Shown here piece after piece: positions 1 through 11,740 of a stretch of DNA of 64,000 bases. The notes below the pieces were generated by a model. It saw nothing but the letters and a program-made list of their open reading frames with translations, was not told where the DNA came from and made no database searches. Source of the stretch: Minutocellus sp. GHC0000111. Lineage: Eukaryota. Each line of letters begins with the position of its first letter. Positions within the stretch are counted from its first letter, which is position 1. The stretch lies in the NCBI GenBank assembly GCA_977018835.1, contig OZ361256.1:992001-1056000 (forward strand), given 5' to 3'. Position numbers and translations under genes: made by a program.

Positions 1-1
1 T

Positions 2-1150
2 ATGGGTACGGCCAGCACCGCAATTGACGCCGATAGCATTGAGGCGCTCCATTCCATAATCCTCCCGCTCAGTGGTGAAGGGGCCTTCAATCCCACTTCG
101 CCGGATTTTTTCGAACAGCGCGTGTCCGCCCTTAATTGGCTAGCCAACGACCGCTATACCACGGAACAGCTTCCCGTCGACGATCCATCTCTTACGTGGA
201 AGATTCGGCAGCGATACGTCATGGGCCTCTTCCATATCATGACCGACAGCCCCAACTGGTTTGACAACTTTAACGGTTTGTCCGACCGAGACGAGTGCGA
301 TTGGAATCGGGCCAGTTCGCTCGATGGAAAAGAAGCCGAAGACCTTTTCACCGGCGTCCAAAAGGAGGTGGAGATTAAGGGAGTTATCTGCAACGAAATG
401 GGACGGGTGAAGAGAATCATATTATGTAAGTCAACAATTGGAGTAATTTCCACTCGACAGAGGCCATGTATAATGATGACGCATGGGCAGTTTCCACATT
501 TATGCGCTGTGCAGCAAACTTGTTCTTTCCCCTTCTTTCCTCATCAATGCCCTTGGACGACTCATTCAATGTGCTGTGTAAAAAATACCACAGGGTGGAA
601 TAATTTGTCCGGTGAGCTACCACATGAGCTCTCCTATTTTTCCGAAAGTCTCGTCGATTTAAATCTTTTTGGAGGATCCTTGTCAGGTTCGATTCCCGAT
701 TCTTACGGAAACTTGACCAAACTTGCCGGCCTATCACTTGCCGAGCACTGCCTTACTGGAACGGTACCAGAGAGTTTAAGCCAGTTATCCGATTTGACCT
801 ATTTTTTTGTGAACGGAAATCCCGAGCTCAGAGGCTCCCTGAATGGTCTCTGTGATGGAGATCAATTTAGAAGCGGAGGTTCCTTCTCATATGTTTCGGC
901 AGATTGTGGCGACTGTCCTGGCAGTGAGGCATTTCTCGAGTGCGACTGCTGCACATGCTGCGACAGCAACACATTCGACTGCTGCGACAAAGAAGGCAAT
1001 GTGCTATGGAAGTACATGAATCTTGAAGCCAATCCCCTCAGTGGAAAGCCTTTTAGCTTCGATAGAAACTGTCTTACAGAGGCAGGAGCGCGTTGGGTGC
1101 AGGAAGAGTGTCCTTGCGTTGTCGGTGAAACGGGGGGGGGAATCGGATAG
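2..1150 (+). CDS. Leucine-rich repeat protein (diatom L-domain-like), probably 5'-partial; intron 426-593
   Basis: Typical diatom LRR N-cap (ALNWL..D, QRYVM, ECDW, GVIC) and LRRs (NNLSGELP, LSGSIP, LTGTVP), then a Cys-rich tail. GT..AG intron 426-593 restores IILWWNNLSG. The G run at 1132-1140 may hide a 1-bp error in the C-terminus. Confidence 0.75.
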   Translation: MGTASTAIDADSIEALHSIILPLSGEGAFNPTSPDFFEQRVSALNWLANDRYTTEQLPVDDPSLTWKIRQRYVMGLFHIMTDSPNWFDNFNGLSDRDECDWNRASSLDGKEAEDLFTGVQKEVEIKGVICNEMGRVKRIILCKSTIGVISTRQRPCIMMTHGQFPHLCAVQQTCSFPFFPHQCPWTTHSMCCVKNTTGWNNLSGELPHELSYFSESLVDLNLFGGSLSGSIPDSYGNLTKLAGLSLAEHCLTGTVPESLSQLSDLTYFFVNGNPELRGSLNGLCDGDQFRSGGSFSYVSADCGDCPGSEAFLECDCCTCCDSNTFDCCDKEGNVLWKYMNLEANPLSGKPFSFDRNCLTEAGARWVQEECPCVVGETGGGIG

Positions 1151-1536
1151 CAAGGCGTGTTCGAAGGACTGCAGTGCCTGACGGTGACGATTTGAGCGCA
1201 CATGGCGCTAAGTTGTAACAATGTGAATTCCATAATTATTCCAGTTTGTTATCATCATCATTGCACCACAAGGCAGTCAGTGCGAGGAGGCTTTAAGATT
1301 ATTTCCCTAACGGCAGCTTGTTTGATATAGGATATCCAAGGCAAGCTTGAGGAGGAGGATTAGCGCATTTCCCAGCTGCGTATTAGAGAAAATCAAAGCT
1401 TTTGCTTGGATTACGATCGCATATCACTGTTGGTATGTAAAGCCGATCTATATCACTTGATATATTACTAGCGTGGAGCAATGCACACACAAAGCACGAA
1501 GATAGGATTTCTTCATTAAAATAAAGCTCAAATCAA

Positions 1537-3708
1537 TTACATGATGCTGCATCCCTTGTGGCCGCTTTCCCTTCCTCGGTGGTGGGCGGTCATGTCACTC
1601 TCACCGGCACCCTCATCCCAATAATTGCTCTGGACGTACTCAACCTTGATCTGGTTGGTAGCTCCACGGCCAAAGCTCTTGCCGCAAACAACAACGAAGG
1701 GATCACCCTCGTTGGCAACGCCAGCAAGTCGGATCTCGTTCGTGCACTCATTGACAAGCGCATCGGTGTCCTCGAGCGAGTCGACGGTGAACGCATAGCA
1801 TCCCTTGTATACACCAAAAGATTGCCTGGCAACAGATTCCGATGGAGTCAAGACGGCGATGGGAATGCCGGGACGGAACTTGGCAACCATTTGTGCGGTG
1901 TTGCCGGTCTCAGAAAGGACGATGATGGCCTTGGCGCCAACATCGATAGCAGTCTTCACAGCCGAGGAGGCAATGGACTCACTGGCAGGAAGCTTGTACC
2001 TCTTGAGAGTCGAGTTACGGACCGACTGGAAGAGAAGGTTCCAGTTGACCGAGGACTCAGCCTCGCAGCAGGTACGAACCATAACGTCAACAGCGTCGCG
2101 GTAGAACGGACCATTGGCAGTCTCTCCGGAAAGCATGACAGCGTCAGTTCCATCGTACACGGCATTGGCAACGTCAGAGCACTCGGCACGGGTAGGGCGA
2201 GGGTTGGAAATCATCGATTCGAGCATCTGGGTGGCGGTAATGACGGGCTTGCCGGCAATGTTGGCCTCACGGATCATGTACTTCTGGGCAAGGAAAACCT
2301 TCTCGGGAGGGATCTCCATACCAAGATCACCACGGGCAACCATGATGGCGTCAGTAGCGGCCAGAATGTCCATGTAATTCTGAAGACCCTCAAGGTTCTC
2401 AATCTTGCAGATAATCTTAATGTGCTGTCCTCCGTTCTCGGCAAGGAGCGAGCGGATCTTGCGCACATCGGAGGCCTTGCGGACGAACGAGGCGGCGATA
2501 AAATCAACATTATGGCGAACGCCAAAATTGACAATATCATCAATGTCCTTCTCGGTAAGAGTAGGAAGGTTGACAACGACGCCGGGCAGGTTCATATTCT
2601 TGCGCTCGCCGATCTTGGCATCATTCTCCACACGGGTGATGACCTCACCGGCAGCCTCGTCACATTCCAAGACGGTAAGGACGAGAGAACCATCGGCAAC
2701 GAGAATGGATTGGCCAGGCTTGACCGAAGTAGGAAGATCAGGGTAGGAGCAGGCCAACTTGTGAGCATCACCCTTGAAGGAATAATCCGTCGTCAAGGTG
2801 AGCTGAGATCCCTTGACAAGGGTGATAGACTTGGCACCATCGGCGAAGAAACCGGATCGGATCTCGGGACCCTTCGTATCAAGCATGACAGCTGTTCAGA
2901 TTCATTGGAAAGAAGCATGGGTGAAAAGAAGCATGAGTGTCATTATGAGAATAATATCTCCCCAAAAGAATAATACCTTTTCTTGCTCGTTTTTATTCTG
3001 CGACCGAATCGACAAAACATGCGTCAATCGATCGAAGTAATTTCAAAAGATTGTATACGAATGCAATACTGAAATTACACCATTATTGGAATTACACCAA
3101 TGCACTTACCAACATTCTGGTCCTTGTTCTTGGCAGCCTCACGAAGACGGCCCAAGACCTTGCCATGGCCCTCTGATATAAGGATTTCACAAGCAGGATT
3201 TAGAAGCATACGAAAGATGAAAGGTAAGATAAGTGCGATGATTCCAACAAAAACCAAGTAAAGATTTACAAAACCACCAATGCCGCGAGGATACAATATA
3301 AATGAGTCCCATCGTGCAGCAGCAGGAAGGGGCCGAATTTACATTCGATTCCATCCACCAAAACGAATCTCGACCGCGAGCTTGACACAACTCTTCCTCC
3401 ACTTTTTTTCATTCTGGCGACTTGTGATTGAACGCTATCGCAGAGATAGGCAAACAAAACAAGCAAGCACACGCATGCGCATACGGCGTAAAAAAGCACG
3501 TACCGTGATCGCCATGGCTGAAGTTGAAGCGGGCAATGTTCATACCGGCATCGATGAGCTCCTCGAGCTGGGGGACCTCCCAGCAGGCAGGACCGATGGT
3601 ACAAACGACCTTGGTGCGGCGGTTGAGGAGGGCGGTGGGCTTCTTGACGGTCTCAAGCTCGATGAAGCCGCCGGCCAGGGTGGGTACTTCGGATGTGTTG
3701 CTGATCAT
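1537..3708 (-). CDS. PK: Pyruvate kinase, 3 exons (3708-3504, 3172-3110, 2891-1537)
   Basis: [54 protein letters not shown] motifs; canonical GT-AG introns join the exons in frame. Confidence 0.95.
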
Positions 3709-4083
3709 TTTTACTTCGGGCGTAGCGGGTAAAAGTGTTGAGTTGTGGGCCAATGCGACGAGTACAAATAAAAATGCAAATGCGTTCGAGTTTGGATGAC
3801 GACATCGCGAGAGACAAGATTTGATTTTTGCGGTTGTGCCGGAACTTACGGACGAAAATGTCAAAAGACGAAGTTTCAGGAGTGCTTTCATTATGTTCCA
3901 CGTAAGGAAGAAACGAGAAAACGACGTGGTGAAAGCAACACGTTTTTCGATGTGCCGGCGACCGTCCATCGCATCGCCAGCAATCTGCCGCGGCAGCAAC
4001 GGTCCTCACAATTCAGAACGGAATCAGCAAGACGAGAGAGCATTGCTCCCCATCTTTCCATCCACCAGCCTTCTAATCTAACA

Positions 4084-5810
4084 ATGTCTTCTGGACCCGA
4101 ACTTCGCTGTGGCAACATCACCCTCGACTCCATCACGGCCCCCACCGAGGTCGAGAACCGCCACACCAAGATCCTGTACTCTCGGCCCGGCCTGTTGGGA
4201 TGTCCCCACCCTCGAAAAGCTCATCGATGCCGGCATGTCCGTCGCTCGATTCAACTTCTCCCACGGAGATCACGAGGGACACAAGGCCTGCCTCGACCGT
4301 CTTCGTGAGGCCGCCAGCAACAAGGGCGTTCATGTTGGTACGTGCGTTTTGTGCTTGGTTTTGGGGCTCGTTTTTGTTTGCAGAGTACGACAAAAAATGC
4401 GGTGCAATTGCGCGCCATGCATCTTGCGAATCTGCTTCTTGCATCCTGCATCGTCTGGTCCTGAAGAGAGCCACCGCACTGTAAAACTAGTTGATATGCA
4501 TGCGGGTTAGGTTGTTTGAGGGTCTTTGATCACCCAGGGGCATATGAGTGGCAATTATTACTTCATACTATCGTATTATCTTCACATTTCTCACGTACGT
4601 ACTTGACTCTTGTTTCAATCTCTCTCGTACAGCCGTCCTTCTCGATACCAAGGGTCCCGAGATCCGCTCCGGTTTCTTCGCCGATGGTGCCAAGTCCATC
4701 ACCCTCGTCAAGGGTGAGACTTTGACTCTCACCACTGACTACGCTTTCAAGGGTGATTCCAAGAAGCTTGCCTGCTCCTACCCCTCCCTCCCCATGTCCG
4801 TCAACCCCGGCCAGAAGATTCTCGTTGCCGATGGATCTCTCGTCCTTACCGTCCTTTCCTGCGACGAGGCTGCCGGTGAGGTCGAGACTCGCATTGACAA
4901 CAATGCTCAGATCGGCGAGCGTAAGAACATGAACCTGCCCGGCGTTGTCGTCGACCTTCCCACCCTTACCGAGAAAGACATCCATGACATCAAGAACTGG
5001 GGCTGCAAGAACAAGGTCGATTTCATCGCCGCCTCGTTTGTCCGCAAGGCCTCCGATGTTCACAAGATCCGCGAGGTCCTCGGTGAGGAGGATGCTCACA
5101 TCAAGGTCATTTGCAAGATTGAGAATCTCGAGGGTCTTGAGAACTACCCCGAGATCCTTGCCGCTACCGATGGTATCATGGTTGCCCGTGGTGATCTTGG
5201 TATGGAGATCCCTCCCGAAATGGTTTTCCTTGCCCAGAAGTACATGATCCGTGAGGCCAATATTGCCGGCAAGCCCGTCATTACCGCTACCCAGATGCTC
5301 GAATCGATGATCAAGAACCCTCGCCCTACCCGTGCCGAGTGCTCTGATGTTGCCAAACGCTGTCCTTGACGGTACTGACTGCGTGATGCTTTCCGGAGAG
5401 ACCGCCAACGGTGAGCACCCCGAGGCTGCTGTTTCCATCATGGCCCGTACCTGCTGCGAGGCCGAGCGTGCTATCAACTTCGATGCTCTTTACCAGGCCG
5501 TCCGTAACTCGACTCTTAGCCGTTACGGCCACCTTTCCACCTCGGAGTCCATTGCCTCCTCGGCTGTGAAGACCGCCGTTGACATCAACGCCAAGGCCAT
5601 TATTGTTGCCTCGGAGACTGGCGCCACTGCCCGCCAGGTTGCCAAGTTCCGCCCCCAGATGCCCGTCGTTGTCCTTACCAGCAGCTCCTCCACAGCTCGC
5701 CAGTCCTTCGGTGTCCTCAAGGGTACCAAGTGCATGCTCCTCCACTCTCTCGAGGACACTCACGGTGCCATCAATGAGTGCATGGAGAGCTTCAAGAGGG
5801 ATGGAATTGC
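4084..5810 (+). pseudogene. PK: Second pyruvate kinase; intron 4338-4632; frameshifts near 4174 and 5355-5357; C-terminal part replaced after ~5810
   Basis: Same PK motifs. AAG ATC C TGT ACT breaks KI(V)CTLG, and GCC AAAC GCT breaks VANAV. Similarity to the neighbouring PK stops after ...FKRDGIA. Confidence 0.85.
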
Positions 5811-6120
5811 GGGTTCTGCCGCCTTGGTTGCTCTACGGCGAGGAGGGTCGTTGGCGCCACGGTTTGCTCGCGTAGGAGGAGCGCACGCTACTACTTTCGG
5901 TCGCTTCCTCCCTTGCATTGCAGTCGATAAGGAAGGTGGCGCTAGGACCAACTACTCATGCGCCCTTCCACTGGCAGGGGCGATTGCGGTTGCGTTCGGC
6001 GTCGAATCAAGCAAGGCCCGCACGTACTGCCAACCTCCTAACGTGCCCGTCCAAATCAATGGCAGTGGTAACGATAATGATGCACCTTCCGGTGACATTG
6101 TTGCCGCGGCAAGCATCACG

Positions 6121-6872
6121 ATGCCATCACTGCCGCCGCTCGGCGATACCGCCACTGGCGTCGGCACTGGGGGGACGACACGTGCTGCTGCTGCTGCTGC
6201 CTCTGCTTCGGATGCTTCTTCGGATACAGCTTCTAGCGCCACTTCTTCGGTTGGAGGTGCTAGTGATGCTGATGCTCAGCTGAGTGCCTCAAAGAAGCGA
6301 TACTATGAGCTCTTGTCGGAAAGGGAGAAGAAGAAGAAAGGCGACAATGAAACTAAATATCTTACCGCCGAGGCATACGATTACGCCACCAGCGTCGTGA
6401 CCGACTGGCAGCCTCTGGTAAAGCATGATAAGAAGGACTACCAAATTAGGAACAAGTTTTACGTCGGAGATGGCGTCGCTGGAAGTTCCCTTCGCGAGAA
6501 GAAAAGTGGCTTGAAAGTAGCTAACCGCAAAGAGCTATTTGACACCATTTACGCTGCTCACAAACAGCTGTCCCATTCCAAAACAGCTAGGAGCGTGAGG
6601 ACATTGCTTGCCAAGGAGTGGTGCGGCATTACAGAAGAAGCTGTACAGCTCTGCATTGATGTATGCCCAGGATGTGTTGCAAAGAAGGCTAAAATCACTG
6701 CAAAGCAACCGCCATTGAAAATGATGATTTCTCCTACAATCGGCTTCCGCGCGCAGATGGACCTCATTGACATGACCTCCCAGCCTACCGATGAAGGATA
6801 CAAGTGGATACTTCGGTACCATGACCACCTTAGCGGTTTTGGTCACGTTGCTGCACTTAAAAATAAGACAGA
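6121..6872 (+). mobile_element. Truncated KRBA2/SCAND3/Ginger-like DDE integrase (H2C2 zinc finger and first catalytic Asp)
   Basis: IYAAHKQLSH...WCGITEEAVQLCIDVCPGC (HHCC) followed by RAQMDLIDM...YKWILRYHDHLSGFGHVAALKNKT. The rest of the core (SDNG, E) is absent. Confidence 0.7.
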
Positions 6873-7172
6873 ACCAATCGCCTTTCCACTCCTCCCTGCC
6901 ATCGCATCAACCCTTTCCATTGGCCCACCGAAGCGGACGCCCTTGTGCTTCGCATCGGCATAAATGTTCTGAAGCGCAATAAGGTACGGAACACTTGCGT
7001 CAAGCAAATAGTCCTCGTCGGCATCTTCTTCGCTATCGGGTAGATCGGCACAAACAGCATGGTACGTAGCGCAGCGAGCACGACGCTTGAATAAAATGAT
7101 CGGCAGAGATGCAACGATGAGAGACGTAAGGAGGTAGCCTCCCTCAGGCAACACAAAAGAAGACACCATCAT
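6872..7172 (-). pseudogene. Possible 5' fragment of an unknown signal-anchored gene abutting the integrase
   Basis: ATG ATG at 7172, hydrophobic segment (YLLTSLIVASLPIILF) followed by KRRAR. The coding-like frame runs into the antisense of the integrase at ~6872. Confidence 0.3.
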
Positions 7173-8090
7173 GTTCGAGTAATTGAGCTGTCGATACCAC
7201 CAAAACAAATTGGCACGGGCAAGCGCGCCAGCGCACTCTGAGAATGACCCATGGGCGACGTGGCACCTCCATTCTTTGGTTTCGTAATCTGAAAACCCGA
7301 GACCGAAGAATGCTCAAGTTCTTCGCTTTCGTATCGGAGGAAAAACAATTCGGCCGATTCGTTTTCGGTTCGGCCGAATGGTAAAATTGCCCCCCGATTC
7401 CGCCGAACGGGGAATTCTCCGGTTTCGGTCCAACACATCATCCCACCAGCTCTTTTTCGCTGTGCACGTGGAAATTTCTCCTTTTTTCTTTTCTTTCTCT
7501 CTTTGTTGGATAAAAGGGGGGAAATTGGGGAAATTGTTTTGTACTGCAAACCTCGTCGACAGAATTGATTTTGCGCGTTTTGCCGCCAAGGTTCTCGCCC
7601 CCCTACCCCTTTTATGCTGCCATAAAGCATGTGCCGTCCCTCAAGGTGAGCTCGCTGTGCCCGTTTGTATTGTTTTGCTCCGGCGGCGCTACCCCATTGG
7701 TACCCTCGTCCTTATTACCTTTGGATCCCCTGATTACTTAATTCTGTGTGGGTATTGGGTGGATTTCTGGTGCGGCGGTGGGACCGCAGGAGATAAGACC
7801 GGAGCTGTCCCAATTCATCTCCGAACATCGACCTTTTCGTTTCTTTGCTTTGCTTTGCGTGTTGTGTTAGCATGCCATCCATCTCCAGCGGTTGCTTGGA
7901 ACTCCTGGCACCTTCGTGTTTGTAAGAGCCCCGGCAACAACTTTTGCATTGCTACATATCCATAACTCACAACAAATAATTTGCGGCGTCCCACCGTTTC
8001 TTCGTTCTTCTTCACAACAGAAACGCCTCCTTTACACGACGTAATCTCCAGTAACCACAACGAGCTCCATACTTGGTACATTTCTCCAAT

Positions 8091-9202
8091 ATGTCGTCTA
8101 CGCAGAAGCAGAGTAAGTCGGCCACTCGAGACCCCAACGCCCCAAAGCGCAACAAGAGCGCCTATCTGCTGTATCAGTGCGCCATGCGTGAGCAGTTCCG
8201 GGAGCAGAATCCTGGGATGAGTTTCGGCCAGCTTGCCAAGTACACTTCGGCCATGTACTCGGAGATGCCGGCGGCTGACAAGGAGCACTGGCAGAACCAG
8301 GCTTCTGAGGATAAGAAACGATATCTCGACGAGCTGTCGCAATACGTCCCGCCTCCAGGCTTTGATGCCCGGGGCGATGCCATCGTTCCTGCTAAACGTG
8401 GCGGGAAGAGGAACAACCGTGACCAGAATGCCCCCAAGCGCAACATGTCCGCCTATCTGCTTTATCAAAACGCCATGAGGGAGCAGTTCAAGCTCGACAA
8501 TCCTGGGATGACCTTCGGCCAGCTATCCAAGTACACGTCGCACATGTACCGAACTCTAACGACAGAGGAGAAGAACATGTGGGAATCTCGGGCGGCGCAG
8601 GTGAGTAGTGGACAATTGTACTCTATCTGAAGGTATTTCTCAATTTCAACCCAATGTTGTGACTCTCATTTTTTACCCTCAATCTTTCTCTCCAGGACAA
8701 AGTTCGATACGACACCGAGATGGCGGCCTATGTGCCTCCACCTGGGTACGATGCGTCCGGAAATCTCCTCGAAGCCTTTCAAAATAAGCGGGGCCGGAAG
8801 AAGAATCGCGACCCGAACGCTCCCAAGCGTGCCAAGGGCTCCTACGTCTTCTTCACTCAGGCAATGCGCCCTCAAATTATGGAAGAGTTTCCGGGAATCA
8901 AGTTTATCGACCTGGGCACAATCATGGGCGAAAGATGGAGAGCCCTGTCCGCCGAGGAGAGAAAGCAGTACGAAGACCTCGCCGCAGAGGACAAGGAACG
9001 CTTTGATAAGGAAAAGGCCGAGTATGACGCCAGCAGACAAGCCATCGAGGCAACTAGGCTGGCGCAACAGGAAGCCGATGAAGCCGAGAAGGAGGCCGCT
9101 CATGCTGCCGCGGCGGCCGTCCATCATGAGCACGCATACACCGACTACGACTATGAGCTGCCTCATGATGACTCTCACGATCCAACGCAGTACTATGGCT
9201 AA
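8091..9202 (+). CDS. Triple HMG-box protein; intron 8601-8695
   Basis: Three RD(P/Q)NAPKR...(AY/SY) HMG-box starts; the spliced junction reads AAQ|DKVRYDTEM. Confidence 0.9.
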
Positions 9203-9336
9203 GATGAGAGAAGATTTATGGGAAAGCTCCTCCTTGGCGTACGTTTATTTTATAAGCGACTACGTAGATAGGATTGTATTATTTGACACTATCATTACAC
9301 GTTTTTTTGGAAGAAGATACAGTAACTATACGTAGG

Positions 9337-11079
9337 CTAGAATCCACAGTCATTTGGATAGACCTTACGCCAGGCACCAACCATCTCTTCGTATAGGTCT
9401 GGATGATGACGATGGAGGTCAGACGGAGATTCAGCGAAACAGACGATCGCAGTCGAAACGGAACTGTCGATAACTCCCATCAGAATGCTTGATGTGATGA
9501 GGCCAAAGATGAAGGCAATGATAAATGCCGCGATGAAATTATTGGAACCATCTTCAACACTGAGGGAATCCAACCAAGACCCTCCCTGGACTAAAGTAAT
9601 CAGCATTCCTGCACATCCAGACAGGCAGCTCAAGATGAGGCATGAAAGCTGTAGACAGTTCTGAACCATGTCGTCATTGATAATTACCGTCCACCCCCGA
9701 GCATCGAACAAACTCAGCACATTACGACCCGCTGTAAGATAATCGTACCCATACAATCCGCAATAGATGAATGCATACTTGTTGAAGTAAAGCATTATCC
9801 CCTCCAAGCACCCAAGGATGCACTCGGCCAGGCAGAGTAAAATACCATTGTCATTTCGTCGTTCGTCGTTGCGGCTACTTTGGACGATTTGTCTGAGCGC
9901 TTTGATGATGCCAGTCAACAGACTTCCAAAGCAGATGGATCCAAATGATGTTGTAGTAGATCGAAGGAATGAGGCTGTGACAGCTGAGGAGCAGAACGAT
10001 GATGCTTCTTCATGAGCGAACCAAAACGTCCCAACGACGCCTGCTACAGTCGCATGAACGACATTTGAAAGCACTTGCTGAGACCAGAATAACGACACGA
10101 GCATAACAAACATCAGCCCCTCATTGATTCTGATTTCACAATCGTTGTCATCACCCGAGCAAGATGTACTTCTATCGGCTACACCGATCAAAGCCAGAGT
10201 CCAGACGGTCGAGAAGACAAACACCAGAAAGACGCAGAAATACGCGATGAGCACCACTCCACCGTTCCTTCTTAAAGCCGTAACGCCCGCATTCAAGTTG
10301 GCTGCAGCGAATGGGATTCGATCCGAAACGGCAAAGTAGTAACAGCATCCGATGAGAAAGCCCACGAGAGACAACACGGCCAGGATGACATTGCCCTCGA
10401 TAGCCGCCAGCACTGCTATGCCCAAAGAGGAAAACACCGAGAACAGAAGTGACATCTGGATGAGGTATTTCCCAAACTGCGTAAAGATGGCCATCACTAA
10501 TCCACTGAGAAGGATACTTGAGGCTCCACATATAAGTGTAAAGTAAACCAGCCCGGTGTAAGAATAGGTCGAGTCGTGCTGGTCGTCATCTTCATGGTGG
10601 TAATGGTGGGGAACCATTAGAGCTGGAATTCCCCATTTTACTGCCAGGACGATGATGGCAATAAGTTGGACGTACCAGAGCAACGCGAATGGAAAATCCC
10701 GGCACGTATTGGGCTGGCGCTCGCCTCTGGTATAATCCTGCCCATCAAAAACCTCTTGAGGATCCAGTATCAAGCAATCTGGAAGTTCTTGAGTACTCTT
10801 CTTGGCGTCACCGTTATGAATGTCCTCGTCACCACCGTCCTGGTCATCTACTTGAATGGCAATGGGCTCGTCTCCGGATTTTATTGTGCAGTCAATGTCT
10901 CCAATGAACAAAGGGTCGTCGGCAGAAGGGTACTCCTCCGTGTCGCCGAGAAGCTTCGTCGTTAGGTCGGTCTCCATCGTTCCTGCTTTTGACTTTTGGC
11001 TTTGATTTTCTTGAGCTTGCTCCGCGCGGTGATTTTGAGGCGGCGACCTTTGGCATGCGAGAAGATCCCTCATTGACAT
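9337..11079 (-). CDS. Choline transporter-like (CTL/PNS1/SLC44) membrane protein
   Basis: CRDFPFA, RIPFAAANL, SFGSICFGSLL, YFNKYAFIYCGLYG, VCFAESP motifs and about 10 TM segments. The start could be the later METDL Met. Confidence 0.9.
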   Translation of the reverse strand: MSMRDLLACQRSPPQNHRAEQAQENQSQKSKAGTMETDLTTKLLGDTEEYPSADDPLFIGDIDCTIKSGDEPIAIQVDDQDGGDEDIHNGDAKKSTQELPDCLILDPQEVFDGQDYTRGERQPNTCRDFPFALLWYVQLIAIIVLAVKWGIPALMVPHHYHHEDDDQHDSTYSYTGLVYFTLICGASSILLSGLVMAIFTQFGKYLIQMSLLFSVFSSLGIAVLAAIEGNVILAVLSLVGFLIGCCYYFAVSDRIPFAAANLNAGVTALRRNGGVVLIAYFCVFLVFVFSTVWTLALIGVADRSTSCSGDDNDCEIRINEGLMFVMLVSLFWSQQVLSNVVHATVAGVVGTFWFAHEEASSFCSSAVTASFLRSTTTSFGSICFGSLLTGIIKALRQIVQSSRNDERRNDNGILLCLAECILGCLEGIMLYFNKYAFIYCGLYGYDYLTAGRNVLSLFDARGWTVIINDDMVQNCLQLSCLILSCLSGCAGMLITLVQGGSWLDSLSVEDGSNNFIAAFIIAFIFGLITSSILMGVIDSSVSTAIVCFAESPSDLHRHHPDLYEEMVGAWRKVYPNDCGF

Positions 11080-11740
11080 TTTGTACTTGCGCTACTCAAT
11101 GAATGTGCAAAAATCAGCAGGAAGGATGAAGCGAAAAGCAAGCGTCTACCATACCCAATCGACACAGCCTCCCTTCTCTCGGAACTAGCTAGGAGTGAAG
11201 CAGTGCTGGCGTTGGTGGCAGAACTGCCGCTTCAGCATTAGCAAGGGATTGGTCAGTCTCGACGATCATGTCACATGTCACCAGGGCAGCTGGGAAGTGA
11301 AAAGATTTACTGATACGGTGGACTCGACTCCTTGATTAGCATGGGGAAGGCAAGCAGCAAGACCACACAATTTGATCCTTTGAGTATCGTCCATCTCAGC
11401 AGCCGTTTCAATTCAACGAACGCATAACAATGGTACCAGGTGAAACCCAATCGAGAATGAAAGCACTTCGAATGTTGGTTGCGACAGAAGAACAAGATGA
11501 AAGTAGCCCTCACAGTTCTACATACGAACTCGTACTCAATGCATTTGCTCGCGTCAATTTATAGTTGAAGGTGGCATGTACACTGTATCAGGAATATACA
11601 CTGGCCACATCCTTTCTATATATGGCTTTACAATACTACCAGAGCTGCGCCAACTTTGGAGTTCTTTCAATGAAAATACACAAGGTGGTGAAACTGATCC
11701 AGTTCTAAAAGGCCCAGGCAATATGGGTGATACTGGTCAG

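Noticed and set aside
1558..2973. Long antisense ORFs over PK (also over CCT8 39050-40840 and QSOX)
   Set aside because: Shadow frames caused by GC3-rich codon bias of the real opposite-strand genes.
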